Origin: Pachysolen tannophilus NRRL Y-2460
Taxonomy: Eukaryota
Reading direction: 5' to 3'
Assembly (NCBI GenBank): GCA_001661245.1
Contig: KV454018.1
Span: 245,944 to 309,943, forward strand
Length of the DNA: 64,000 nt
This document shows positions 43,961 through 53,885 of this stretch, piece by piece (position 1 is the first letter of the stretch; each line of letters begins with the position of its first letter). The notes beneath the pieces are model-generated. The model searched no databases, was not told the origin of the DNA, and saw only the letters and a list, made by a program, of their open reading frames with translations. Made by a program: the position numbers and the translations under genes.

Positions 43961-45631
43961 ATGATGCTGCAAGGAAATCAACAAAAGCGGGATCACCCCA
44001 AACACACAAAACTTCCGTCATTTACAGAGTTAACAGCAAGTTTTGATGCATTCAAATTTAACCCAAGAACAGAGCCACCAAAGACTGGAGATGAGAGTGA
44101 GGGTGATTATGATGTGTCTCCATTAAAAATTGAGTCAAGTGAACGAAGCTTAAGTAGTGGTCCCGCTTCAACAGTGGGGTCGTCATATGGTAGTAACAGT
44201 TATTTTCCGCCTCCACCAAGCAGTGAAGTTCCACAATTTCATTCAACAACACCGTTTCTAGCTGCACACAGACATTCTATTTCTGTTGGCAGTAATATGC
44301 ATGATTCAAGGTTTTTAAACTATACTTTCCCACCTAGGCCATCTGTTCAACAACAACATCAACAACATCCGTCTCGGCAACTTCTTCCAGTATCTCATCA
44401 AAATCATCAGCAGCAATACCAACAACCATTGCCACCACCCCCACCACCACATTATGGTCCACCCCACCCAAATGTTGTACCGCATCATCACCGTCTTTCT
44501 ATTGCTAATAGACCACCTTCTTTTTCAACAGAATCGATAAATACAGTTGAAACTATGAAAAGGTCTCAAAGTTTATCAAACAATTCGTTGGCTTCAATAT
44601 CATCACCAAATAAAAGACCACCAGCGTCAGGAAACTATACAGTACTACCTCGTCATAGTCGACAGGTTAGTACACCTTCTAATGGAAGTTTGAATGCTTT
44701 GGCACAAGTTTCTAGCTCAATGGTTGCCAAGGGAAATAATAACGATGCAAATCATACTTCTCTATTGCACGATATAGAAAATTTCATTTATTCTACTGAA
44801 ACATTGGCAAATGTTGTTAATGAGATAAAAAATGATTTAATTAGACATATACTGGGGAATACAGAACTATTAAACACTCCAGAATCGGAATTAATTCGAC
44901 TTCTTTTCCATTATAGTAAAGACAACACCAACTTATTACAAGGTTCCAAAATCTTGAAAGAATCGTTGAAAAATTTCTTGTGGAACATCCCAATGGATGT
45001 TTTAGAAAATTGCATTGGTTACTCCGAAAAGGCTGCATCTGTCTTGCATGAATGGAGAATCATGAGAATTGAAGAAGACAGAAAGATTCAATTGAGAGAA
45101 CAGAATAAGTCAAAACTGAAACTGCCTCAAAAGAGAAGAAAATCTTCAGAAGAAAATTATACAAAGAGAAAAAGAGACTCCATAAATTTAAAAGTTAATC
45201 CCACCATGGGTGAAGCTCTTTTATCTGTAAGTGGTCCTGGAACTAGCAGTAGTACCAGTGCCAGAACCAGTACCAGTACCAATACTAGCGTAAATACAGG
45301 CACAAATACTGGTACCAATGCCGGTACAAATACCGGTTCTGGAACAAGTTCCAACACTCTTAGGCATGAAATCGAACCTCCACTACTGGGAGGCCTAAAT
45401 GAAGACTTGAGCCCCAAGAAAAAACTTGTATGTTTGCAATGTGATGAAACAGATACACCAGAATGGAGAAGAGGCCCATATGGTTCCAGAACATTGTGCA
45501 ATGCCTGTGGATTGTTCCATTCGAAATTGGTCAAGAAAATGGGGGTTAGAGCAGCTGCTGAATTGATGTTGGAGAGAAGGAGAGCAGGCCAGGGAACTGA
45601 CAGGAAAGTCCCCAGTGAAGACGAGGAATAA
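43961..45631 (+). CDS. GAT2: GATA zinc-finger transcription factor (CX2CX18CX2C), Gat2-like
   Basis: [29 protein letters not shown] at the C-terminus followed by KKxG...RR...DRKV. Confidence 0.75.
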   Translation: MMLQGNQQKRDHPKHTKLPSFTELTASFDAFKFNPRTEPPKTGDESEGDYDVSPLKIESSERSLSSGPASTVGSSYGSNSYFPPPPSSEVPQFHSTTPFLAAHRHSISVGSNMHDSRFLNYTFPPRPSVQQQHQQHPSRQLLPVSHQNHQQQYQQPLPPPPPPHYGPPHPNVVPHHHRLSIANRPPSFSTESINTVETMKRSQSLSNNSLASISSPNKRPPASGNYTVLPRHSRQVSTPSNGSLNALAQVSSSMVAKGNNNDANHTSLLHDIENFIYSTETLANVVNEIKNDLIRHILGNTELLNTPESELIRLLFHYSKDNTNLLQGSKILKESLKNFLWNIPMDVLENCIGYSEKAASVLHEWRIMRIEEDRKIQLREQNKSKLKLPQKRRKSSEENYTKRKRDSINLKVNPTMGEALLSVSGPGTSSSTSARTSTSTNTSVNTGTNTGTNAGTNTGSGTSSNTLRHEIEPPLLGGLNEDLSPKKKLVCLQCDETDTPEWRRGPYGSRTLCNACGLFHSKLVKKMGVRAAAELMLERRRAGQGTDRKVPSEDEE

Positions 45632-45644
45632 TCGAAGATTAAAC

Positions 45645-45684
45645 GGGCGGGACATGGGCGGGACATGGGCGGGACATGGGAGGG
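45645..45684 (+). repeat. (GGGCGGGACAT)x3 + GGGAGGG tandem repeat
   Basis: Read directly; eight GGG tracts with 1- and 4-nt spacers. Confidence 0.95.
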
Positions 45685-45995
45685 AACGAATGAGGGGGGG
45701 CTAGAGAGGGAGCCCGCCGCCTTTCCAACACTTCTGCAGCAGCTTTTTCCTGCTGCTTTTAGGAAGCTTTTAGGCAGAGCCTCTGCCCATCACCGCCAAT
45801 CACCGCCCAAAACTGCCCGGGTCCCGCCTAAAAAGAGGGAAAAAAAAGTTTTTTTTTCTTTTAAAAATTTTTTTTTTTTTGGTTTTTTTTTTTGTTTATT
45901 TTGAGCGCGCGCGTTTGCTATTGACATTTTTATTTATACGGTGATAACAAAAACAATTTAATATAATATAATATAATAATCTTTGTAATCGTAAA

Positions 45996-47381
45996 ATGGA
46001 GTCGCGTAGAGCAAAGATAGAGTCAAGGAGAAGGGGAGCTGCTAATAGAAATGTTGATGTGAATGATATAGTGATTGGTACCCCTCCTTCTCAAGGAAGA
46101 AGGACTAGAAGAAGTAGTGCTAGTGCTGGTGCTAATGCTGGTGCTAATGCTAGTGCTAGTGTTCCATCTAGTGTTGGATCTGGAGCTGGAGCTGGCACTC
46201 CATTAAAGACACCAGTTAGAAGGAATAATAAAAAGAGTAGTAGCAGAGTCTTGACTACTCCACATAGTGTGCTGGCTTTACAGAAAGTTATGAGTAAAGA
46301 GCCACTGAGTAATAGACGGCGAACAAAGTCTCCTAAGCAAAGCGGTAATGGAAGTGAAATTAAAGGGAATGATAAGAAACGGACACCAAAGAAAAGGGAA
46401 TCTGCTATAGCAACTCCAGAGAGACAAGTTGTTGGTGGTAAGGTGCAAAAGGTAACAAAGACACCGAGATCTCGTGGTGATAGGAAGACACCAAAGTCTG
46501 GAGTTAAAAAAGTAAAAACGCCAAAATTGTTACGAAAATCTACAATTGATCGGAAAGCTGTTCCCAATTTTCAACAATTTTCAGATGTGGAAGAAGAACC
46601 TGATTTATCTGATTTAGATTCTAATTATGAAGTAGAAGAAGATATTGAAGAAGTTGGAATACCCGAGCGGAAAAAAAAATTTATAAAGAACAAAATAACA
46701 AAGAAGATAAAAACTAATTTGAAAGATGATACAGGTAAAGGACGAAAGAATAAGAAAATGATTGAAATTAAAATGGACCGTTTAAATCAATCGAGTTTAA
46801 CCAAGACAAACCATCAAATAATGGCATTGGATGTTTTGAAACAAATTTTATTTGAATATTTATCAAGTATATTAGTTGAAAAATCATCAACAAGTTTGGA
46901 TTTTAAACTTTTAAAAAATTATCAACAAAATATTCAACAACATTTTGAACAATTAATAGATTTAAATTTAAATAATAAAGAATTGATTAAAAATTTAATG
47001 AAAATCAATAAAGAAAAAAATTTTAAAAGATTAGAAATTTACAATTTGAAAAAAAAACATAATGAATTAGCTGTAAATTTAGAAAAATTAAGAAATGATT
47101 ATAAAGATAAAAAAAATAATCATGAATTGAATTTAAAAATTGATAAAAATTTAGAAAAATTACGATTAGACAGTAAAGATCAAATCGCAAATAATAAAAA
47201 AAATAATGATGATGAACAAGAACAAGAAGATGAAAATAAGATATCTTATAGCAATGGACTTGATAAAGTAGAATTGGAATTGTTAAAATTGGATAAAGTC
47301 ATAAACCCCAATCATGGAATCTTGACAAAATTAAAAACATTAAATGATTCTTTAAACAAATTGGATCGTAATTTATCATAA
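45996..47381 (+). CDS. AME1: Inner kinetochore CENP-U/Ame1-like protein
   Basis: Basic N-terminus rich in TP/SP CDK-type sites, ALDVLKQI motif, C-terminal coiled coil; convergent with the cornichon gene as YBR211C/YBR210W. Confidence 0.65.
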   Translation: MESRRAKIESRRRGAANRNVDVNDIVIGTPPSQGRRTRRSSASAGANAGANASASVPSSVGSGAGAGTPLKTPVRRNNKKSSSRVLTTPHSVLALQKVMSKEPLSNRRRTKSPKQSGNGSEIKGNDKKRTPKKRESAIATPERQVVGGKVQKVTKTPRSRGDRKTPKSGVKKVKTPKLLRKSTIDRKAVPNFQQFSDVEEEPDLSDLDSNYEVEEDIEEVGIPERKKKFIKNKITKKIKTNLKDDTGKGRKNKKMIEIKMDRLNQSSLTKTNHQIMALDVLKQILFEYLSSILVEKSSTSLDFKLLKNYQQNIQQHFEQLIDLNLNNKELIKNLMKINKEKNFKRLEIYNLKKKHNELAVNLEKLRNDYKDKKNNHELNLKIDKNLEKLRLDSKDQIANNKKNNDDEQEQEDENKISYSNGLDKVELELLKLDKVINPNHGILTKLKTLNDSLNKLDRNLS

Positions 47382-47417
47382 TATGATTTATATATTTAAT
47401 TTTCTTTTTTTAAAATT

Positions 47418-47918
47418 TTAAACATCTTCAGTTATTAATGAAAAAACCATACGGTATAAGTAATAGAAAAACATAATAAAATGAAAGAAAAGTTTAACAA
47501 ATGATTCAATCTTATGACTAGATAAAGTTCTAAAAATATCTGTAGCATCTAACAAATATTTTTTTTTATAAAACTTATTTGCATTATAAGCTAATAATGG
47601 TAAATTAATTAAAAATGTAATCCAATGACCTTTAATCAACAATAATACCGATAAAAACAAATGTACACAACCTTCTGGAACAATATACTGGTTCAACTTA
47701 TTACAAAGTTCCATTGGATTGATATAATCACTTTCCAAGTCATTATACATAATAGAAAAGAAAACTTGTCCAAAAAGGTTAATACTGTTCAAAATAACAG
47801 CCAAGATGAAAAATCTAACCATATATTAGTTAGTTAGTAAAATCTAAAATCCAATCAAAAAAAAAAAAAAAAAACAACATTAATCAAAAAGTTTCACTTA
47901 CAAGTAACCTCCAAACAT
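47418..47918 (-). CDS. ERV14: Cornichon-family COPII cargo receptor Erv14/Erv15, two exons (47902-47918, 47418-47814)
   Basis: [25 protein letters not shown] via GTAAGT...TACTAAC...[26 protein letters not shown]. Confidence 0.93.
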
Positions 47919-48401
47919 GTTCCTTAAGTTCCTTGGCTTTAAATTTTGTTTTAATAAACTTTGAAAATATATTTAAAAACTTCAATTTTTGGAAAACGTC
48001 GAATATGCTTTTTTACTTCTTCTTCTTCTTCTTCAAAAAAAAAATAAAGAAAAAAAAAATTAAAACTTTCCTCTCAAACACAACAAAACAAATTCAATAC
48101 AAAATGAATCTTCAATACCTTTGCTATAAATAATCAACTAACAACTATTAATTAACTAATTAAAATAATCATCATTAATACAACATTCATTCATTTACTT
48201 TCGTCGTTCTGGGCGATGAGCGACCCTTTTTGGGTCACATACAACAAAAGTAGTGCGCGAATTGCACAAAAACACTCATTTTAAAAAATGGGTCATTTCG
48301 TGAACCAAAAATATAAAAATTAATAATACCGTTTTAAAATAATATAACAAGAGGTTTAATTGAATTGATTGATTTGTATAAATTATTTGGAAAAAGTTGG
48401 T

Positions 48402-49730
48402 ATGACCACTTATGAGAACTTGCCTCCTCGTGAGAAGTCGCAAAGAATCATGAATAAGACGAGGAAAGCTGCTAATACGGTTGATTCTGTTCCAAAATCC
48501 AAGAGTTCATCTAAAGTTCGTCATGTTAATTCTAGTGGAGTTATAAATTCTGGTACCGCTGTTGGTCAAATTCAAAAAAATGTATATCCTGGTCTTAACG
48601 ATATTGCTGATGCATTTGAAGCTTTTCCTCAAGAATTAATACGTTATTTTACGTTATTAAAAGAAATTGATGCGAAATGTGTTTATACTGTTCCTTATTT
48701 AAAATGTTATATAACAAGATTTTTAGAAATGGATAAAAATCATCCTAAAAGAGAATTATTGTTATTTAAAATTAGACAGTTGATAAAAGAGTTGATGCCA
48801 TGCTTAGAAGAGAAAATGCATGTTGCATCTATAGCGGTAGATACAGTTTTGAAAAATGTTGGTAGAATTGAAGATGATTATAATGAAATTGTTAAAAATG
48901 AAATTCCAGAAAGTATAAGAATTGGCCCTTTGAATCATCCTGCAATGATTCTGGATAATAAAATACCAGATAATAAATCTGCTCAAAGTCAAAGAAGTGA
49001 ATCTAGAAGAGAAGCCTTGGCTGCAAGAAAGGCAGCAGCAGCACAACAGGCATCAGCTTTGGGTGCTGGTGGCGGTAGTGGAGGATCAGGAGTATCGGGA
49101 AGTACTGGTGGAAGTGGAAATGCTTTTGCTAATGCCAATGATGAAAATAGTGGAACCGATACAAATAATAACCTGTCTTCTGTATCAAACAAGAAATCAA
49201 AAAATAATAAAAGAGATCAACAACAACAACAACAACAACAACTGCAGCTGCAACAACAACATTCAAGTGGTAGTCATCAAGGAGGTTCAAGAAAAAGAAA
49301 AACAAATCATAACGATGGTTCGGAAGTTTCAAGACCTGGAACTCCAGCTAACCCAACTACAATAGTGAAAAGGAGACAACCAAGTAAACCTAAGAAATCT
49401 CCAATGCCAATTCCTACAAGTCAAGTTAGTGTAAATTCTTTTAAAGTAAATATACCTACTAATCACCATATTAATGATGTTGATAGAGGTGATAACGATG
49501 AGCATATAGTCGAACCAATCACTCCAACTAAGACTGAAAGTGGCGGAAACATGGTCGAACCGGTATATTGTTATTGCCAACAAGTTTCATTTGGCGAAAT
49601 GGTTGGATGTGATGGTGATGATTGTAAAAGAGAATGGTTTCATTTGCCCTGTATTGGATTAACAGATCCTCCAAAGGGAAAATGGTATTGCAGTGACTGC
49701 TTAGCAAGAATGAAAAAAAACAGAAAATAG
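48402..49730 (+). CDS. PHO23: ING-family PHD protein Pho23 (Rpd3L)
   Basis: [15 protein letters not shown]...[12 protein letters not shown] domain; [16 protein letters not shown]...WFHLPC...WYC PHD finger. Confidence 0.88.
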   Translation: MTTYENLPPREKSQRIMNKTRKAANTVDSVPKSKSSSKVRHVNSSGVINSGTAVGQIQKNVYPGLNDIADAFEAFPQELIRYFTLLKEIDAKCVYTVPYLKCYITRFLEMDKNHPKRELLLFKIRQLIKELMPCLEEKMHVASIAVDTVLKNVGRIEDDYNEIVKNEIPESIRIGPLNHPAMILDNKIPDNKSAQSQRSESRREALAARKAAAAQQASALGAGGGSGGSGVSGSTGGSGNAFANANDENSGTDTNNNLSSVSNKKSKNNKRDQQQQQQQQLQLQQQHSSGSHQGGSRKRKTNHNDGSEVSRPGTPANPTTIVKRRQPSKPKKSPMPIPTSQVSVNSFKVNIPTNHHINDVDRGDNDEHIVEPITPTKTESGGNMVEPVYCYCQQVSFGEMVGCDGDDCKREWFHLPCIGLTDPPKGKWYCSDCLARMKKNRK

Positions 49731-49945
49731 AAATTTAAGAATCTATGTAGATGTTCAATTGACTTATATTTTAACTTAAAATTGTAAAAAAAAATTCCAT
49801 CTTGTAATTTATATATATTTTTATTGTATTGAACTAAGTCTATTCGTACAAGAAAATTAAGTAATAATATTTTTTAATAATAAATTATTTCTATTATATA
49901 TTAAATGAACGTGAACTGGTGGATTTATTTAGACGTACAACGTCA

Positions 49946-51849
49946 ATGTCATTTACTCCATTAAGCGAGTCAAAATCTCCAGGTGGTTCATCTTTAAAGG
50001 ATGTTGAAGAAGCTTCAACACCTTTGAAAACAGGTTCTAGTGGAAAAATATTAAATTTGTCAGATTCAGATTCAGATATTGATATTGATATTGATGATGA
50101 TCAATCTAGTATTTTCAATGATAAGAAAAATGATATGCTATCTTTTATCACGAATACCAAAGCAGGAAACTCGTCTCTGAAAAGAAAAATTAGTAGCTTT
50201 TCAGATAATGAAGATGAAGATTTAGGTTTAGGATTTTCTTTAAAAGTTCAAAAAGCAGATATTCCTCAATCATTCAAAAGAGAAGTTGAATTATACAAGA
50301 AATCAAAAGAATTGTCTAATTTGATTAAAAGAGATGAAGAAGAAGCAGTTAGACAATTGCGGGAAAAAGAAACTTTCCAGGAATCAATTCGATTAATGTT
50401 GAGTGCTCAAGCTTTAAATAATGAAGGATATATCAAGTATGTCATTCGTAATGTAAACAATGATATTTATAGATTGAAAGATATTTTTTTTTCAATGAAA
50501 TACCTTCAGAAATAATAAAAAAAAACTCGTATAAGAAGAGTAAGAGATCATTACTCGATTTTGATGAAATATTTGCTCCGGTTGATCTGGAATTGGCTCA
50601 ACAGAATATAGCTTTTTTTGCAAAAATTTCTGACTCTACAAAATTGTCTAAAATACTGGGCTCCAGAAATATTAAAAAAGTTCAGAGTTTCAACTTTTTT
50701 TCTAGGAATTTACCAATTGATGATAATAAGAAAGATTTTTTGAAAATGAAAGATATTGAAAGCTATTTAAAAAATATTGGATGTGATTTAAAATTGTTGG
50801 ATATTGGTAATTTAACAAACAGCAGAAAAATTAATGATCAAAAAGTAATACCTTCATACATTTTAACTATAAATAAATTGGAGATTTTGGTAAATTTAGT
50901 AATAAATGAAACTCAAAGGAAATTCAACAGATTTGATAACAGGGCTTTGAAAACCACCATGATGATTGCTTTTGAGAAAGTGTTCTTCAAAATTTTAAAA
51001 ATTCTCATATTAGCAATGATTGATAGTAGGATTAATTCTAGTAATATTATTGACGATTTCAATTTCCAAAGTCCGAGTTATCAATTATGCGAAATTTTTG
51101 ACAGGTTTCTCAAATATTATATTACTGTAAATTTAGATATAAATGATGATGATATCCATTGTATTTTTAAGACACTTTGTCAGAAATTTAGAACTAAATT
51201 AATTGTTGAATTAACGGACTCTAAAGAATTAATATCAAGATATTTGTCAAGGCTTTTATACTATAATAGGATGAGTTATATATCTAAAGTCTTGACATAT
51301 TGGATGGTATTATCGGTGATAGTGGAAGATGATGAGATAACCAGTTCCAAAGAGATTTTAACCTATGAATTTATTGAGTACCATGCATCGACTCCTTTGA
51401 AATTTAATGAAATGATAATGAAAAAATTACTTAAATACTTGAATGGACTTCAAGAGATAAACTTTGAACCGGGAGAGAAAAGGCAAAATTATAGAGAAAA
51501 TTTACAATTTTACTTGAATTTGAAGTATAAATTTAAATTTATAAATGATTTAATCTTGATCAATGTATCATATTTCAGAACTTTCAATAACTTAAATGAA
51601 GAATTAGAAAATTCACAAAATAACATTGAAGAGAAAGAATTGTATTCAATTTATGAGGAATCAAAACGAGATGAGAAACTACTGCTAACTTTCAAAAAAG
51701 TTATAAACTCAATTGAAAAAAATTATTTCAAAAAAATAGATATGAATAATAATCCAATACTTGGTTGGATTTTAAACTTATTAAATAATTTAGCAATTAG
51801 AATTTCAAAAGAGTTGACATTAATAACACTTGAATTTGGGAATCAGTAA
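49946..51849 (+). CDS. Unknown ~634-aa protein (two ORF-track pieces joined across a 1-nt frameshift in T9, 50484-50492); possibly Nse6/Kre29-like
   Basis: Adding one T gives DIFFFNEIPSEIIKKNSYKKSKRSLLDFDEIFAPVD... in frame with 50593-51849; disordered acidic N-terminus and helical C-terminus. The family guess is weak. Confidence 0.65.
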
Positions 51850-51965
51850 ATAATATAATAATTAGGGGGTAATGATCAAGGTAATAGTTATAAAAATATG
51901 TATATAATTAATTGTATATCCAAAAGTTTCGAAAAAAGAATAAAAAAAAAAATTAATTAATTAAA

Positions 51966-53516
51966 TTATTTTTCACCTGCGCCATAGTAATGTAAATAAG
52001 AAGCTAAAGTCTTAACACCATTCACATAGTTTGAAGTGTTTAATTTCTCATTAATGGAATGAGCACCATCATCACCCATACCCATTGGCAATAACAAGAC
52101 ACTTGTGTGTAATTCATCTTGGAAAGTTAAAGTAATTGGAATTGATCCACCTTCTCTAGTTAAATCAGGTTCTACTCCCCAAACTAATTTAGTAGCTTTC
52201 TTAGCTGCTGTAAAATTTTCATTGAAAGGATCCGAAATCCAATAATTTCCATCATGAATCAATTCTACTTTAAAAGTATTTGGAGATTTTAATTTTGCAA
52301 ATTGTTCCTCAATATATTTGAAAACTAATTTATCAAGTTTAGCACTATCCATATCAGGAACAGTTCTGATTGAAAACTTACCAGTAACTTTTGCAGGAAT
52401 TACAGTCTTTGCACCACCACCACTAAAAGCACCTTCTATTCCATGCAATGAAAGAGATGGGAATCTCCATCTATGCATTAAGATTTGCTTCTTATCTTGA
52501 TAAATAGCAGTATCGGATCCAGCAGCTGAGTTTAATTCATCAACGTCAAATTCAATCTTTTCATATATTTCATCTTCTTTATCAGTTACAGGAGCAACCA
52601 TTTCACTAACACCTGGGATAAGTATTTTACCCTTTGAATCGACTAATTTACCCATAACAGAAATCAAATCAGTCATTGGCTCATGGATGATACCACCAAA
52701 TACACCGGAATGAAGATCTGCACCTGGGCCTTGAACTTTAATTTGATAATAGTTACAGCCCCTAAGACCATAGGTTAATACTGGTTTTTTTGTTCCTAAC
52801 CAATAATTATCGGAGATACATACAGCATCAACACCATTAAAATATTTTTTTGCTTCTTTTTGAATTAATTCTTCTAATCCTAAAGAACCACTTTCTTCCA
52901 TACCTTCAAAACACATGACTAAATTTACCGGGAACTCTACTCCTGATTGTCTATGAGCTTCAATTGCATTTAACCATCCCATTACTGGACCTTTATCATC
53001 AGTAGAACCTCTACCATAAAGCTTACCATCAATTTCTTTCAAGGTAAAAGGATCAGTTGACCACCCATCTTCTTTTAAAGCTGGCTGAACATCATAATGT
53101 CCATAAACTAAAACCGTTTTCTTGGATGAATCATCTCCATATCTAGCCAAGACAATCGGAGGTAATTTTAAAGAAGGATCATTAACCGGTGGAGGTTGAA
53201 TACCTAAATCTCTCAATTGAATATCATGAGCACCCAATTTTGTCAATTCTCTTTTCAAAAAATCCGCCATCTCAAAAACCCTTGGTCTCAAAGATTCATC
53301 TCCAGATACAGAAGGAATGGAAACAGCAGTTTTCAACCTTTCAATAAAATTTGGTTTTAAAGTTTCAATCTCTTTAAATAATGGCTTTAAAGTTTCTTCA
53401 ACTGACATCTTAATTGATTTGGAATTAGAATAAAATCTCAATTTATTATCAACTACAACTCGGTTTTGATAACTCAAATATCTCAATGCACCTCCACGAA
53501 TCGACCTCGTAAGCAT
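51966..53516 (-). CDS. DUG1: Cys-Gly metallodipeptidase Dug1 (M20), with N-terminal extension
   Basis: YGHYDVQPA, GRGSTDDKGP, FEGMEESGS, DLHSG, REGGSIP, DGAHSINEK. Confidence 0.97.
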   Translation of the reverse strand: MLTRSIRGGALRYLSYQNRVVVDNKLRFYSNSKSIKMSVEETLKPLFKEIETLKPNFIERLKTAVSIPSVSGDESLRPRVFEMADFLKRELTKLGAHDIQLRDLGIQPPPVNDPSLKLPPIVLARYGDDSSKKTVLVYGHYDVQPALKEDGWSTDPFTLKEIDGKLYGRGSTDDKGPVMGWLNAIEAHRQSGVEFPVNLVMCFEGMEESGSLGLEELIQKEAKKYFNGVDAVCISDNYWLGTKKPVLTYGLRGCNYYQIKVQGPGADLHSGVFGGIIHEPMTDLISVMGKLVDSKGKILIPGVSEMVAPVTDKEDEIYEKIEFDVDELNSAAGSDTAIYQDKKQILMHRWRFPSLSLHGIEGAFSGGGAKTVIPAKVTGKFSIRTVPDMDSAKLDKLVFKYIEEQFAKLKSPNTFKVELIHDGNYWISDPFNENFTAAKKATKLVWGVEPDLTREGGSIPITLTFQDELHTSVLLLPMGMGDDGAHSINEKLNTSNYVNGVKTLASYLHYYGAGEK

Positions 53517-53885
53517 CAAATAAATACAATAAATTAAATATATATATATATATATTATATATATTATTAACCTACAACTTCAATGTCTTTTCTTTGGGTT
53601 CGCTTTTGATGCCTCTTTTCACCTTCATTGAACGGCTAACAAAATGTTTTGGTACAATTAGACACGACTTTTAATTTTTCATTTGGAGAAGATTTCAAAT
53701 GACAATCAACGACGACGATAAGACAACGATGGGGTGAGATGATCAAGTGGTTAGTGGATTGTATTAGTTGAGAGATAAATAAAGAAACGCAAAAAAAGAG
53801 GAGAAAGCAAAAAAAAAAAAAAAGAAAGAAAGAAAAAGAAAAAGAATAGAAAGAAATCTATTTAAATTAACTAGTTTGACTAGTT

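Noticed and set aside
45157..46567. Antisense ORFs of 169 and 158 aa over GAT2 and AME1
   Set aside because: Mirror frames of repetitive Ser/Thr/Gly/Ala coding sequence with no independent signal.
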